DNA of 64,000 bases from contig CBDCTA010000002.1 of assembly GCA_965221955.1 (NCBI GenBank), forward strand, positions 1 to 64,000. The letters are read 5' to 3'. The notes under the pieces are model-generated. The model ran no database searches, was not told where the DNA came from, and was given only the letters and a program-made list of their open reading frames with translations. The DNA comes from Gammaproteobacteria bacterium. Lineage in GTDB: Bacteria; Pseudomonadota; Gammaproteobacteria; UBA4575. Of this stretch, positions 20,710 through 30,838 are shown piece after piece. Position 1 is the stretch's first letter, and the number at the start of each line of letters is the position of its first letter. The position numbers and the translations under genes were made by a program.

Positions 20710-21912
20710 ATGACTAGAATCACCACAGCCTATTTGTTTCAAAAAACTGCGATTGATATCGCGCAAAAACAGTTTGATATTGCACAAATTCAAAATCAAA
20801 TTGGCACAGGTAAACGTTTAAACAAACCCTCAGATGGTCCTGCAGAAACAGCTCGAGTAATAGATTTAAATCAAGCAATCGATCAAATTGATCAGTTTCA
20901 ACGTAATGGCATATTCGCTAATCAACGATTGGGTTTAGAAGATGCAACATTATCCAGTGTTAATAATTCTTTGCAACGCGTAAGAGATCTTGCATTGCAA
21001 GCGAATAGTGGTAGTCAAACAACAGAAACTCGCGCAATTATTAAAGCAGAGGTAGAGCAGCGGCTGCAAGAATTACTTGATTATGCCAATGCACGTGACG
21101 GTAATGGTAATTATTTGTTTGCGGGCTCAAAAAATCGGACAGAGCCTTTTACTCAAACTGCATCAGGTGTTACATACAATGGAGATCAAAATCAACTATC
21201 CCTAAAAATATCAAGTAATCGAACGATTATTGCATCTGGATCTGGTTATGACATTTTTGTAAATATTAAAAATGGAAATGGTAAATTTGTTACCTCTTCA
21301 AATTCTACTAATACGGGTGATGGAGTTATAACAGTAGGATCTGTTATAGATAATGGCACTTTTCAGGCAAACGACTTTAGTATTACCTTTACATCACCAA
21401 CGACTTTTGATGTGGTAAACAATACTACAGCAACAACTATCTTAACGGGACAAAGTTACGTTTCCGGGCAAGCGATTAATTTTAATGGTGTAGAGGTTGC
21501 AATCTCAGGTGATCCGCAAACGGGCGATGAATTTCTAGTGAATGCAAGTCGCCGCCAGGATGTTTTTACCACTTTGCAGTCATTTATTAATGCTCTGGAT
21601 ATCAATCCCGCGAATCCTGCAGATCAAGCACAACTTACTCAAGCTTTAGATCGTACGATTAGCGATGTAGATCAAGCATTACAGAATATTCTAAATACTC
21701 GTACGTTTATCGGTACGAGACAAAATTCTATCGATACAGCTAATACTGAGAACGAAGGTGCCAAAATAGAATTGCAGACTACGCGTTCGCAAATCGAAGA
21801 TTTAGACTTCGCTCAAGCTATTACTCAACTGCAATTACAACAGACAACGTTGCAAGCCATTCAGGGTGCATTTGCGCAAGTACGCGGTCAAAGCTTATTT
21901 AATTTCCTTTAA
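20710..21912 (+). CDS. flgL: Hook-filament junction FlgL
   Basis: 'TGKRLNKPSD', 'GNYLFAG', 'SLFNFL'. Confidence 0.95.
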   Translation: MTRITTAYLFQKTAIDIAQKQFDIAQIQNQIGTGKRLNKPSDGPAETARVIDLNQAIDQIDQFQRNGIFANQRLGLEDATLSSVNNSLQRVRDLALQANSGSQTTETRAIIKAEVEQRLQELLDYANARDGNGNYLFAGSKNRTEPFTQTASGVTYNGDQNQLSLKISSNRTIIASGSGYDIFVNIKNGNGKFVTSSNSTNTGDGVITVGSVIDNGTFQANDFSITFTSPTTFDVVNNTTATTILTGQSYVSGQAINFNGVEVAISGDPQTGDEFLVNASRRQDVFTTLQSFINALDINPANPADQAQLTQALDRTISDVDQALQNILNTRTFIGTRQNSIDTANTENEGAKIELQTTRSQIEDLDFAQAITQLQLQQTTLQAIQGAFAQVRGQSLFNFL

Positions 21913-22034
21913 TAGATTCTTAATTTAACCCTTTGTCGGGTAAAACTGCTTCCTATTAATCTCATCGTTAAAGAAATCAACTTTGCTGCCATGCGTAGTT
22001 ATCTGAATTTCTTAGATTTTTTTCATAAAAGCTT

Positions 22035-22061
22035 TAAAGAATTTAAATATCGCGCCGATAA
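22035..22061 (+). promoter_or_regulatory. sigma28 promoter of flagellin
   Basis: TAAA-N15-GCCGATAA. Confidence 0.9.
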
Positions 22062-22162
22062 GCATAGCAGGACAGCGTAGAGGCTTAGTTCTTTGCGGTG
22101 TCGAAGGCTCTTTTATAAGAGACTTTGGACTTTTAAGGATGGATTACTAAGGAGTAAGTAAA

Positions 22163-23515
22163 ATGCCTCAAATTATTAATACTAACTTGTTCTCGTTGAA
22201 TGCTCAGCGAAACTTGAATACAACGCAGAGCTCTTTACAGACCTCATTACAGCGTTTGTCTTCAGGTTTACGAGTAAACAGCGCAAAGGACGACGCCGCA
22301 GGCCTGGCGATTGCCGAACGATTTACTGCGCAGATTCGAGGGCTTAATCAAGCGATTCGAAACTCTAATGATGGTATCTCGTTTTCGCAAACGGCTGAAG
22401 GTGCATTATCAACTGCAACTAATGCTTTGCAACGTGTTCGTGAGCTTGCTATTCAATCTGCAAATGATACTAACTCATCTTCAGATAGAGCAGCTCTAAA
22501 CAATGAAGTTCAGCAACTTGTTGCTGAGATTAACCGTATTGCGAATAGCACGCAGTTTAACGGCCAAAATATTTTGGATGGAACTTCAAATACACTTGTT
22601 TTCCAAGTGGGCGCTAATCAAAACCAAACTATTAGTGTGGACGGTGTAGATGCACGTGGCTCAATTCTTGGTGCACGTGCTTCTGTCAGTGGTTCAATTA
22701 GTCAAACTAACTTGGATGCAACGGTTGCTGCAGATGATTTGGTGATTCAAGGTATCGCTGTAGATCTTTCTGGATTGGCAGCTGGTGCATCAACTAATGC
22801 TGTAGTAAATGCTATTAATGAAGTAACTGCACAAAGTGGTATTAAAGCCCAAGTGAACACTACAACAGGATCTGGTGATATTGCTGTTGCAGCAGGTGCA
22901 GCAACTATTAACGGCGTACAACTTACATTAGTGGGTACTGCTGCAACTGATGCTGATACCATTAATGCATTAAGTGCTCAAACAGGTGTTACAGCAACGG
23001 TTAATGGTGCAGCCATTCAGCTAAGCAATACTGATGGTTCAACCATTTCTATTAGTGGTGCTGGTTTAAATGGTGGTACAGCAGAATCTTTTAATGCTGG
23101 TATTACTCTTGCGGGTGAAGTTGCTAGTACAGACTTTGTAGTTGCAGGTACATTCACAGTTGAAACTGGACAAACTGCACTTGGTGCTAGTCAAGCTAAC
23201 CAAACTGTAAATGGTACTAATGTAACAACACAAAGTGCGTCTACAACTGCATTATTGACAGTTGATTTCGCGCTAGACCAAATTAATACATTACGGTCTG
23301 AACTAGGTGCGGTGCAAACTCGTTTTGAGTCAACTATCTCTAACCTTCAAATTACGGTTGAGAACCTAACCGCTGCACGTTCACGTATTCAAGATGCTGA
23401 CTTTGCAGCAGAAACCGCAAACTTAACTCGTGCGCAGATTCTGCAGCAAGCTGGCCTTGCAATCGTGGCGCAGGCAAACTCTTTGCCGCAAAACGTGTTG
23501 TCACTACTTCAGTAG
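22163..23515 (+). CDS. fliC: Flagellin
   Basis: 'IINTN...[18 protein letters not shown]', 'SRIQDADFA...VLSLLQ'. Confidence 0.97.
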   Translation: MPQIINTNLFSLNAQRNLNTTQSSLQTSLQRLSSGLRVNSAKDDAAGLAIAERFTAQIRGLNQAIRNSNDGISFSQTAEGALSTATNALQRVRELAIQSANDTNSSSDRAALNNEVQQLVAEINRIANSTQFNGQNILDGTSNTLVFQVGANQNQTISVDGVDARGSILGARASVSGSISQTNLDATVAADDLVIQGIAVDLSGLAAGASTNAVVNAINEVTAQSGIKAQVNTTTGSGDIAVAAGAATINGVQLTLVGTAATDADTINALSAQTGVTATVNGAAIQLSNTDGSTISISGAGLNGGTAESFNAGITLAGEVASTDFVVAGTFTVETGQTALGASQANQTVNGTNVTTQSASTTALLTVDFALDQINTLRSELGAVQTRFESTISNLQITVENLTAARSRIQDADFAAETANLTRAQILQQAGLAIVAQANSLPQNVLSLLQ

Positions 23516-23536
23516 TGAGCAGCTTAGCTTTCGTAT

Positions 23537-23576
23537 TTATGCATCTAGGAGTTTTCCTAACTTTCTAGATGCATAA
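23537..23576 (+). other. Stable stem-loop after fliC (mRNA stabiliser or attenuator)
   Basis: TTATGCATCTAG ... CTAGATGCATAA 12-bp inverted repeat; no U-tract. Confidence 0.65.
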
Positions 23577-23602
23577 CCGAAAGTGTTGATAGGAGATTTA
23601 AT

Positions 23603-24004
23603 ATGGTTGCACAAGTAATTAAATTGCCTTCTGCAGCAACAAATAATTTTCAGTCTGGGAAAGTTAGTCAGCCTAAAGAATCAGCGAATAGATCTGCTAC
23701 TGAGAATGTTGAAGTAGATCATGCTAAGGCTAAACAGATAGCAGAACAAGCAGCGCAAAATATTGAAGTTGTGCGCAAAGCTGCTAAAGATCTAAATGAA
23801 TTTGCTAGGAGTATACAGACAAATTTAAGTTTTTCTATTGATGAAGGAAGTGGTCGTTCTGTTATTACAGTAACCGACACACAAACTGGAGATGTAATTC
23901 GCCAAATTCCGGCAAAAGAAATCCTCGCGGTGGCAAATTTGATCCGTGAATCTACTGCTTCTGAAATTGATAAAGTTGGTTTTTTACTAGCGGATCAAGG
24001 TTAA
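23603..24004 (+). CDS. flaG: FlaG protein
   Basis: 'LSFSIDEGSGRSVITVTDTQTGDVIRQIP'. Confidence 0.9.
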   Translation: MVAQVIKLPSAATNNFQSGKVSQPKESANRSATENVEVDHAKAKQIAEQAAQNIEVVRKAAKDLNEFARSIQTNLSFSIDEGSGRSVITVTDTQTGDVIRQIPAKEILAVANLIRESTASEIDKVGFLLADQG

Positions 24005-24011
24005 CTTAAAT

Positions 24012-24027
24012 TGGCATTAAAATTGCC
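24012..24027 (+). promoter_or_regulatory. sigma54 promoter of fliD
   Basis: TGGCATTAAAATTGCC. Confidence 0.7.
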
Positions 24028-24063
24028 TAACTATCATCAAGGATTGATGAAATTTAATATATT

Positions 24064-25449
24064 ATGGCAGGTTCAATAACATCGTTAGGTATTGGTTCAG
24101 GAATTGATATTGAATCAATTGTGAACCAATTAGTCGCGGTTGAACGTCGACCCATTCAGTTTCTTGAGACACGCCAAGCCGAGATTGATATTCAGATTAG
24201 TGCTTTGGGTCTCGTACAAGATTCGGTTACAAAATTTCAATCCAGCATTTCAGACCTAAAACTTACTACAGGCTTTAGATCTTTCTCTGTAACTTCAAGT
24301 GATGATCAAGTGTTAACGGCTGAAGCCGGTGAAGGTTCAGTTCCGATATCAAGCGATATCGAAGTCTTAACATTAGCACAAAGAAATAAATTAGCTTCTA
24401 CTGCTTATGCCAGTGGTACAAGTGTTGTTGGTGATGGGCAGTTAGACATTACTGTAGGTGCTGATTTGTTCTCCATAAGTATTGATACTAATAATAATAC
24501 ATTGGAGGGAATACGAAATGCCATTAATGACAATTTAAATAATACAGGTGTATCTGCATCGATTATTACTGCAGATGATGGCAGTCATCTTGTTTTAACA
24601 GCAGAGGATAGCGGTACCACAAATACATTAAGTGTAACGGTAACAGGTGATGGGGATGGTAACGATAGTGACGCAGCAGGTCTTTCAAACTTAGTTTTTG
24701 TTTCTGGTGGCACGCAGAACTTACAAGAAATAGATGTCGCGCAAGATGCAACGTTAAGAGTAGATGGTTTTGATGTGACTCGTTCTTCAAATCAGATATC
24801 TGATGTCATTGAAGGAGTGACGTTATCATTGAAAGATATTGGTACAACTACTTTATCTGTAAATGAAGATCGTTCAGTTGGTAAAAATGCTATTGAAGCA
24901 GCAATAACAGCTTATAACGACCTTATTACCAGTTTAAATACACAGCGTGAATCTACGTTACAAGGTGAATCGTTGTTGCTTGGTATTGAATCACGAGTGC
25001 GTCAAATATTTACAGATAGATTCAATGTTACAGGTACTAATTTGCAATATTTATTTGATGTTGGGGTTACTTTTGATCGTGATGGAATACTTAGTTTAGA
25101 TAGTGACAAGTTTGATCAAACGATTGAAGATGATTTTAATGGTGTGGTTCAGTTATTTACTGATCCCGAAAATGGATTTTCTCAAGCTATTGATACTGTA
25201 GTTTCAAGCTATGTAGATACGGGTGGGTTAATTCAAGCGCGTACTGATGGTTTAACCGAGAGCCGTTCGCAGATTGATGATGATATTGAACGCATTGAAG
25301 ACCGTATTGTTCTCACAGAGCAAAGATTGCGCAGACAATATACTGCGCTTGATAGTTTGGTCGGCCAATTGAATGCAACCAGTGGATTTTTAACTCAACA
25401 ACTCGCAAATCTGCCGACAAATAATATATTAAATCGAAATAATTCTTAA
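24064..25449 (+). CDS. fliD: Filament cap FliD
   Basis: 'SLGIGSGIDIESIVNQLVAVER', 'QYTALDSLVGQLN'. Confidence 0.95.
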   Translation: MAGSITSLGIGSGIDIESIVNQLVAVERRPIQFLETRQAEIDIQISALGLVQDSVTKFQSSISDLKLTTGFRSFSVTSSDDQVLTAEAGEGSVPISSDIEVLTLAQRNKLASTAYASGTSVVGDGQLDITVGADLFSISIDTNNNTLEGIRNAINDNLNNTGVSASIITADDGSHLVLTAEDSGTTNTLSVTVTGDGDGNDSDAAGLSNLVFVSGGTQNLQEIDVAQDATLRVDGFDVTRSSNQISDVIEGVTLSLKDIGTTTLSVNEDRSVGKNAIEAAITAYNDLITSLNTQRESTLQGESLLLGIESRVRQIFTDRFNVTGTNLQYLFDVGVTFDRDGILSLDSDKFDQTIEDDFNGVVQLFTDPENGFSQAIDTVVSSYVDTGGLIQARTDGLTESRSQIDDDIERIEDRIVLTEQRLRRQYTALDSLVGQLNATSGFLTQQLANLPTNNILNRNNS

Positions 25450-25474
25450 TTTATAACGCTAAAGGAAACAAGAT

Positions 25475-25876
25475 ATGAACATGACAGCAGCATCTCTGGC
25501 TATAGATGAGTACAGAAGCAGTGGGGTGTTAGGAAGTGTAGAGCGATCAGATGCACACGGTCTTGTAAATTTACTTTTCAAAGGTGCTATTGATCATTTA
25601 CTCGCTGCAAATGGTTATATCGAGCGTAATCAAAAACAGGATAAAGCAATTAGAATTTCAAAGGCTATAGCAATATTGGATGGCTTACGTTCCAGCCTTA
25701 ATATTGTTGAAGGTGGCGAAATTGCACAAAACTTAGACGATTTATATGACTATATGCAAAGACGCTTAGTTGTAGCGAACGCGGATGATGATATAACCAT
25801 TACAAACGAAGTCGTGGATTTATTGCGTGAGATCCAAGAAGCATGGAATACCATACCTGTGGAAGCAAGGATATAG
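25475..25876 (+). CDS. fliS: Flagellin chaperone FliS
   Basis: 'GGEIAQNLDDLYDYMQRRL', 'EAWNTI'. Confidence 0.93.
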   Translation: MNMTAASLAIDEYRSSGVLGSVERSDAHGLVNLLFKGAIDHLLAANGYIERNQKQDKAIRISKAIAILDGLRSSLNIVEGGEIAQNLDDLYDYMQRRLVVANADDDITITNEVVDLLREIQEAWNTIPVEARI

Positions 25877-25909
25877 AGTTATTTAAAATCATTGTATTTA
25901 GATTATATT

Positions 25910-26215
25910 ATGAATGTTCAGAAACGGTTAATGCATGTAACTGATTTAGCAAATGAATTACAACGCTTCATTGAAAATGAATTATGGGATGAAGCGATGC
26001 AGCTTAGCCAGCAATGGGACAGCGAAGTTCGTAAATTTGTACATAATTTATCTTCTGCACAATTTATTGCCATCAGGGATGAAATTGAAGAACTTGCTTC
26101 AAAAAATACACGTATAAAAACTAAACTTACTGGCCTACGTGCCAAAGTTTTGACGCAGATACAAGAAAACAATTATTCTCACACTGCTATTCAGTCATAT
26201 AGCAATACTTTTTAG
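25910..26215 (+). CDS. fliT: FliT-like flagellar chaperone
   Basis: Follows fliS; 'ENELWDEA' and helical C-terminus ending '...AIQSY'. Confidence 0.6.
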   Translation: MNVQKRLMHVTDLANELQRFIENELWDEAMQLSQQWDSEVRKFVHNLSSAQFIAIRDEIEELASKNTRIKTKLTGLRAKVLTQIQENNYSHTAIQSYSNTF

Positions 26216-26578
26216 TAGTCCACTAGTCATTTTGTTCAAAATTCCAGCATAAATTTACACACTGAATAAAATAAAAGTTGCGTATAGAAACTTTTTTACC
26301 TTAGAAAAAAATTTTTCAGTTACGCTGGCTAATTAAAAAAGTTAAATGCTTTGATTATTGGTATAATAGATTATCGATAATGCTTTGTATCCGTAGAAAA
26401 AGTGTTGTATCTTTATGTTGTGCAATAAGAGGTAAGCAAGAAAGTATTTAGATTAGTGTAGTAATTAATTAAAGGGGAAATGACAGAAACGGACTCTGTC
26501 AACGCAACAAACAAGTGGAGTGCGTAAATCTCTTAGTCTTAAGCTTTAAAAATTTAATGTAAAAGGCTGGTCAGAGTA

Positions 26579-27712
26579 ATGCAGATTGAACAATCCACAC
26601 AGAACTTCTATTCCGATACTAGACAAAATCTAGGTCGTCGCAAAAATAATAAATCACTTTTAGATGGTCATAGTAAAGCCGTTCAACAAGTCAGTGAACT
26701 TATTGAGCGCGTAGCGAATACCAATGCGAATGTTTTAATTCTTGGAGAATCTGGCACAGGTAAAGAAGTCGTTGCACGTAGTATCCACACGATATCGAAT
26801 CGAGCATCAAAATATTTTGTTCCTGTTAACTGTGCCGCTATTCCCCAGGAATTGCTTGAAAGTGAGCTATTTGGCCATGTTAAAGGTGCTTTCACAGGCG
26901 CAATAACGGACAGAAAAGGCCGCTTTGAACTAGCAGAAGGGGGTACTCTATTTCTCGATGAGATCGGTGATATGGATCTCAATATGCAGGCTAAATTATT
27001 AAGAGTTCTGCAGGAAAAAGTGTATGAGCGCGTCGGAAGTGGCAAGTCTATAAATGCAAATGTGCGTGTTATTGCTGCTACACACCGAAATTTAGAAGAC
27101 ATGGTAGCAAAAGGTGAGTTTAGAGAAGATCTTTACTATCGTTTGCATGTTTACCCAATTGAATTACCTCCATTGCGACGTCGAGCTGAAGATTTGCCCT
27201 CTTTAGTTTATGCGATTACGGATAAAATCAGACGAGAAACCGGCACAGAAGTTAAAGTTACTCCTGATGCAATGTCTGCATTAGCGCACTATACCTGGCC
27301 TGGTAATGTGCGTGAGCTTTCTAATCTACTTGAAAGATTGAGTATTTTATATCCGGATAAGGTTGTAGATGCGACTAAACTGCCCAGTAAATACGGTTCT
27401 TTTAATAATCCTGAAACAAATAATTCGGTAAGCGAAGACTTACCTATTGATACGTTTACTAAAGCTACGTCTTCTGAAACTTCATTGGAAGAACAAAATA
27501 ACTTAAGTAAAACGATAGGCATGCCGTTACTTACAGAAGAAGGTGTAGATTTGAAATCACATCTTGCCACGGTGGAACGATTTTATATTCAGCAAGCTTT
27601 AAACCTTGCAAATGGTGTAGTAGCACAAGCAGCAAAATTACTTGGTTTGCGTCGTACTACACTCGTCGAAAAATTGAAAAAATATCAATTTCAACGAACT
27701 TCTACGTCATAA
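26579..27712 (+). CDS. fleQ: sigma54 activator FleQ/FlrA, lacking the N-terminal domain
   Basis: 'GESGTGKE', 'GAFTGA', FleQ-typical C-terminus '[19 protein letters not shown]'; upstream of fleSR. Confidence 0.85.
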   Translation: MQIEQSTQNFYSDTRQNLGRRKNNKSLLDGHSKAVQQVSELIERVANTNANVLILGESGTGKEVVARSIHTISNRASKYFVPVNCAAIPQELLESELFGHVKGAFTGAITDRKGRFELAEGGTLFLDEIGDMDLNMQAKLLRVLQEKVYERVGSGKSINANVRVIAATHRNLEDMVAKGEFREDLYYRLHVYPIELPPLRRRAEDLPSLVYAITDKIRRETGTEVKVTPDAMSALAHYTWPGNVRELSNLLERLSILYPDKVVDATKLPSKYGSFNNPETNNSVSEDLPIDTFTKATSSETSLEEQNNLSKTIGMPLLTEEGVDLKSHLATVERFYIQQALNLANGVVAQAAKLLGLRRTTLVEKLKKYQFQRTSTS

Positions 27713-27719
27713 AATTGAC
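27706..27719. promoter_or_regulatory. FleQ binding box
   Basis: GTCATAAAATTGAC upstream of the fleS sigma54 promoter. Confidence 0.65.
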
Positions 27720-27771
27720 TTTATAGTCTTAGAAATTTCTTAACTTCTTGTTAAACATAGAAAAATAAAAG

Positions 27772-27788
27772 TGGGCATACTGTTTGCA
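27772..27788 (+). promoter_or_regulatory. sigma54 promoter of fleSR
   Basis: TGGGCATACTGTTTGCA (GG-N10-GC). Confidence 0.7.
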
Positions 27789-27848
27789 TAGTTATTAGTG
27801 CGCGTCAAATTTATGCGCATTAAAAATTACTACGCGAGGATATGCCAA

Positions 27849-29048
27849 ATGGAAGTAGCTATTGAAAACAGGAAACTGGCACTAGAGAGTGCTTTCGATA
27901 ACTTTAATCGTGTCTCTGAAGATTTAACTTCTGCCTATGATCAACTCGAAAGCCGAGTTGAAAGCCTTCAAAAAGAACTTGCTGAAACCAAAAATGAAAA
28001 GTTTCATGAGTTAGTAGAAAAAGAAAAATTCGCTGATCGATTATCTATATTACTTCGTACTTTGCCTGTTGGAATTGTCGTCTTAGATGATTATGGAACG
28101 ATCATTGAAAATAATGAGATCGCCGATAAGTTAGTTGGCACTAGTTTAAAAGGAGAATCTTGGAATAAGATTGCAAAAAAATACCTTGCAGAAGGATATA
28201 CAGGGAATAGTGAAGTTTGTTTAAAAAATGGCAACCGCATTTCACTAAAAATTGAATCACAGCAACGTAGCGAGGGGAAAGTAATTCTAATTAATGATGT
28301 TACAGCTGAGTTCAATTATCACGAATCTCTTAATAGAAAAGAAAGATTAGAGTCTTTGGGAAATATGGTAGCTTCACTTGCCCACCAAGTGCGCACGCCA
28401 CTGTCAGCAGCCTTCCTATATATATCAAGTTTAGAAAACCGTATTAACAAGCAAGAGGTTTCATTTCAACTGGTTGAGAATGTTAAGCATTGCTTACACA
28501 GTTTAGAAGAAACTGTAAATGATATGTTGTCCTTTGCTAAAGGAGAGTGGCAGCTAAATGATCTTATTGACGTTCGGCAGTTAGCTCAAGATATACGCAA
28601 GGATATCCAATGTGAGTTTGGCAATTACTTGATTGATGTGCATGAAAAGTTTACTGCTGACGACCTACAAGTATCTATTAACTATGTTGCATTTTGGGGT
28701 TCGCTAAAGAATGTAATTCACAACGCGATTCAAGCTAGTGAGTTTGACGCAAAAGTATTGATTGAAATTAAAACTGAAGGTAAAGAAATTATTTTCTCTG
28801 TACATGATAAAGGCAAAGGGATTTCTAATGAGCTTAAAGAGAAAATGTTTGAACCATTTTTTACAACAAAAGCAGGTGGAACAGGCTTAGGGTTAGCGGT
28901 TGTTAAATCAATAGTAGAAGCTCATCAAGGTACGGTTATAGCAAAAGACGAGGTACCGCAGGGTTTGTGTATAGATATTCGTATTCCTAAATATACTGGG
29001 TTTTCGCCAATCTCAAGTTCAAGTAAACAAAATACATCAGCTAGTTAA
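27849..29048 (+). CDS. fleS: PAS histidine kinase FleS/FlrB
   Basis: 'LAHQVRTPLSAA' H-box, 'FFTTKAGGTGLGL'; ATG 27849 with RBS GAGGA. Confidence 0.92.
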   Translation: MEVAIENRKLALESAFDNFNRVSEDLTSAYDQLESRVESLQKELAETKNEKFHELVEKEKFADRLSILLRTLPVGIVVLDDYGTIIENNEIADKLVGTSLKGESWNKIAKKYLAEGYTGNSEVCLKNGNRISLKIESQQRSEGKVILINDVTAEFNYHESLNRKERLESLGNMVASLAHQVRTPLSAAFLYISSLENRINKQEVSFQLVENVKHCLHSLEETVNDMLSFAKGEWQLNDLIDVRQLAQDIRKDIQCEFGNYLIDVHEKFTADDLQVSINYVAFWGSLKNVIHNAIQASEFDAKVLIEIKTEGKEIIFSVHDKGKGISNELKEKMFEPFFTTKAGGTGLGLAVVKSIVEAHQGTVIAKDEVPQGLCIDIRIPKYTGFSPISSSSKQNTSAS

Positions 29049-29089
29049 ACATAATTAAGTAAAAGCAAATAAATAGAAAAGGGTAAATT

Positions 29090-30448
29090 ATGCAAGGGAA
29101 AAACATATTGATTGTTGAAGATGATATGAAACTAAGCCATGCAATTGCAGGAACGATTCGTGATCATGGTTTTAATGCATTTGAGTCATCATCTCCAATG
29201 AATGCAATGGGGCTGCTTGGGAGAGAACGCATAGATATGGTGCTTAGTGATATACAGTTTGATAACAGTATTGATGAGAACGACCCAATTTCTGATGGGT
29301 ATGAATTACTTGATGCGATTAAGCAGAAATATTTATCGTTACCGGTAGTATTAATGACAGCGTATGGAACGATAGAAAAAGCGGTTTCTTGTATTAAAAG
29401 TGGTGCCAGTGATTATTTGGTAAAACCATTTGATGTGGATCTACTGCTAAATATCATCAAGAACAATATTCAAGTGAAGCTTTCGAAGCAGACTAATATT
29501 GATAGTTATATTTCTGTTGATAAAAAATCTATCGAAACAAAAAAAATTGCGAGACGTGTAGCCAATACATCGGTATCGGTATTTATAAGAGGAGAAAGTG
29601 GAACAGGCAAGGAAGTGCTTGCACGTTTTATTCATGCTAACTCTCCACGTGCCGAAGGTCCTTTTGTTGCAATTAATTGCGCTGCCATTCCAGAAAACAT
29701 GCTTGAAGCGGTTTTATTTGGTTACGAGAAAGGAGCTTATACAGGCGCCCATCAAGCCAAAGCGGGTAAGTTCGAAGAAGCACAGCGGGGCACTCTGTTA
29801 TTAGATGAAATATCAGAAATGGATCTTGGTTTGCAGGCGAAATTGTTAAGAGTTTTGCAAGAGAAGCAAGTAGAGAGGCTAGGTGGAAAAAAAGTAATTG
29901 ATTTGGATGTCAGAATTATTGCAACTTCTAATAGAAATTTAAAAGATGAAGTTAAAAAAGGCACGTTTAGAGAAGATTTATTTTATCGTCTAAACGTGTT
30001 TCCAATCACGCTGCACCCTTTACGAGAGCGTGTTGATGATATTTTGCCGCTCGCTTACATGATGCTGAATAAACATTCTCCTGGAAAATCATTGGAACTC
30101 TCAGAGAAGGCGCGCGAATGTTTAACAAAAAATTACTGGCCAGGAAATGTAAGAGAGCTAGAAAATGTAATTCAAAGATCAATTGTTTTATGCGGTGAAA
30201 GTGTAATTGAAGCCGATTTGCTAGAGCTGGATGAACAAGATTTGAATAATGAAAAAACTGTTACAAATTTAAATACTGATTTGAAATCTCATGAACAAGA
30301 CCTGATCTTGCAAGCATTAGTTGCAGAACATGGAAATAGAAAACTTGTTGCAGAGCGACTTGGTATAAGCCCCAGAACACTCAGATATAAAATAGCCAAG
30401 ATGAAAGAGCAAGGTGTGCCAGTGCCTTCTGCATATCGATCAGCATAA
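29090..30448 (+). CDS. fleR: sigma54 response regulator FleR/FlrC
   Basis: Receiver + 'GESGTGKE' + 'GAYTGA' + 'LGISPRTLRYKIAKM'. Confidence 0.93.
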   Translation: MQGKNILIVEDDMKLSHAIAGTIRDHGFNAFESSSPMNAMGLLGRERIDMVLSDIQFDNSIDENDPISDGYELLDAIKQKYLSLPVVLMTAYGTIEKAVSCIKSGASDYLVKPFDVDLLLNIIKNNIQVKLSKQTNIDSYISVDKKSIETKKIARRVANTSVSVFIRGESGTGKEVLARFIHANSPRAEGPFVAINCAAIPENMLEAVLFGYEKGAYTGAHQAKAGKFEEAQRGTLLLDEISEMDLGLQAKLLRVLQEKQVERLGGKKVIDLDVRIIATSNRNLKDEVKKGTFREDLFYRLNVFPITLHPLRERVDDILPLAYMMLNKHSPGKSLELSEKARECLTKNYWPGNVRELENVIQRSIVLCGESVIEADLLELDEQDLNNEKTVTNLNTDLKSHEQDLILQALVAEHGNRKLVAERLGISPRTLRYKIAKMKEQGVPVPSAYRSA

Positions 30449-30488
30449 ATATGATGATGATTTAAAGATACTGATAAGGATAATTATT

Positions 30489-30809
30489 ATGAGCGACATT
30501 AAAATTAATGAATTACTTTCACAGATTAGAAGTATTTCTAGTCAAGTAGAGCCCAATGTAAATATCAATCAAGGAAATGAGGAAGTAGACAAGTTTTCTT
30601 CTTTGCTGAAAAATTCTATTGATAAGGTTAATGAACAACAAATGAATGCGTCTGATTTGGCAAATAAATTTGAAAAAGGAGACTCAAGTGTTGAATTGTC
30701 TAGAGTGATGATTGAGATGCAGAAAGCGCGTGTTTCATTTGAAGCTGTAAAGCAGGTGCGTAATCAATTGGTAACGGCATATCAAGAAGTAATGAGTATG
30801 CCTGTTTAA
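30489..30809 (+). CDS. fliE: Hook-basal body protein FliE
   Basis: 'QVRNQLVTAYQEVMSMPV'. Confidence 0.95.
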   Translation: MSDIKINELLSQIRSISSQVEPNVNINQGNEEVDKFSSLLKNSIDKVNEQQMNASDLANKFEKGDSSVELSRVMIEMQKARVSFEAVKQVRNQLVTAYQEVMSMPV

Positions 30810-30838
30810 CGTTATAAATAATAAGAGAATAAAAATAT

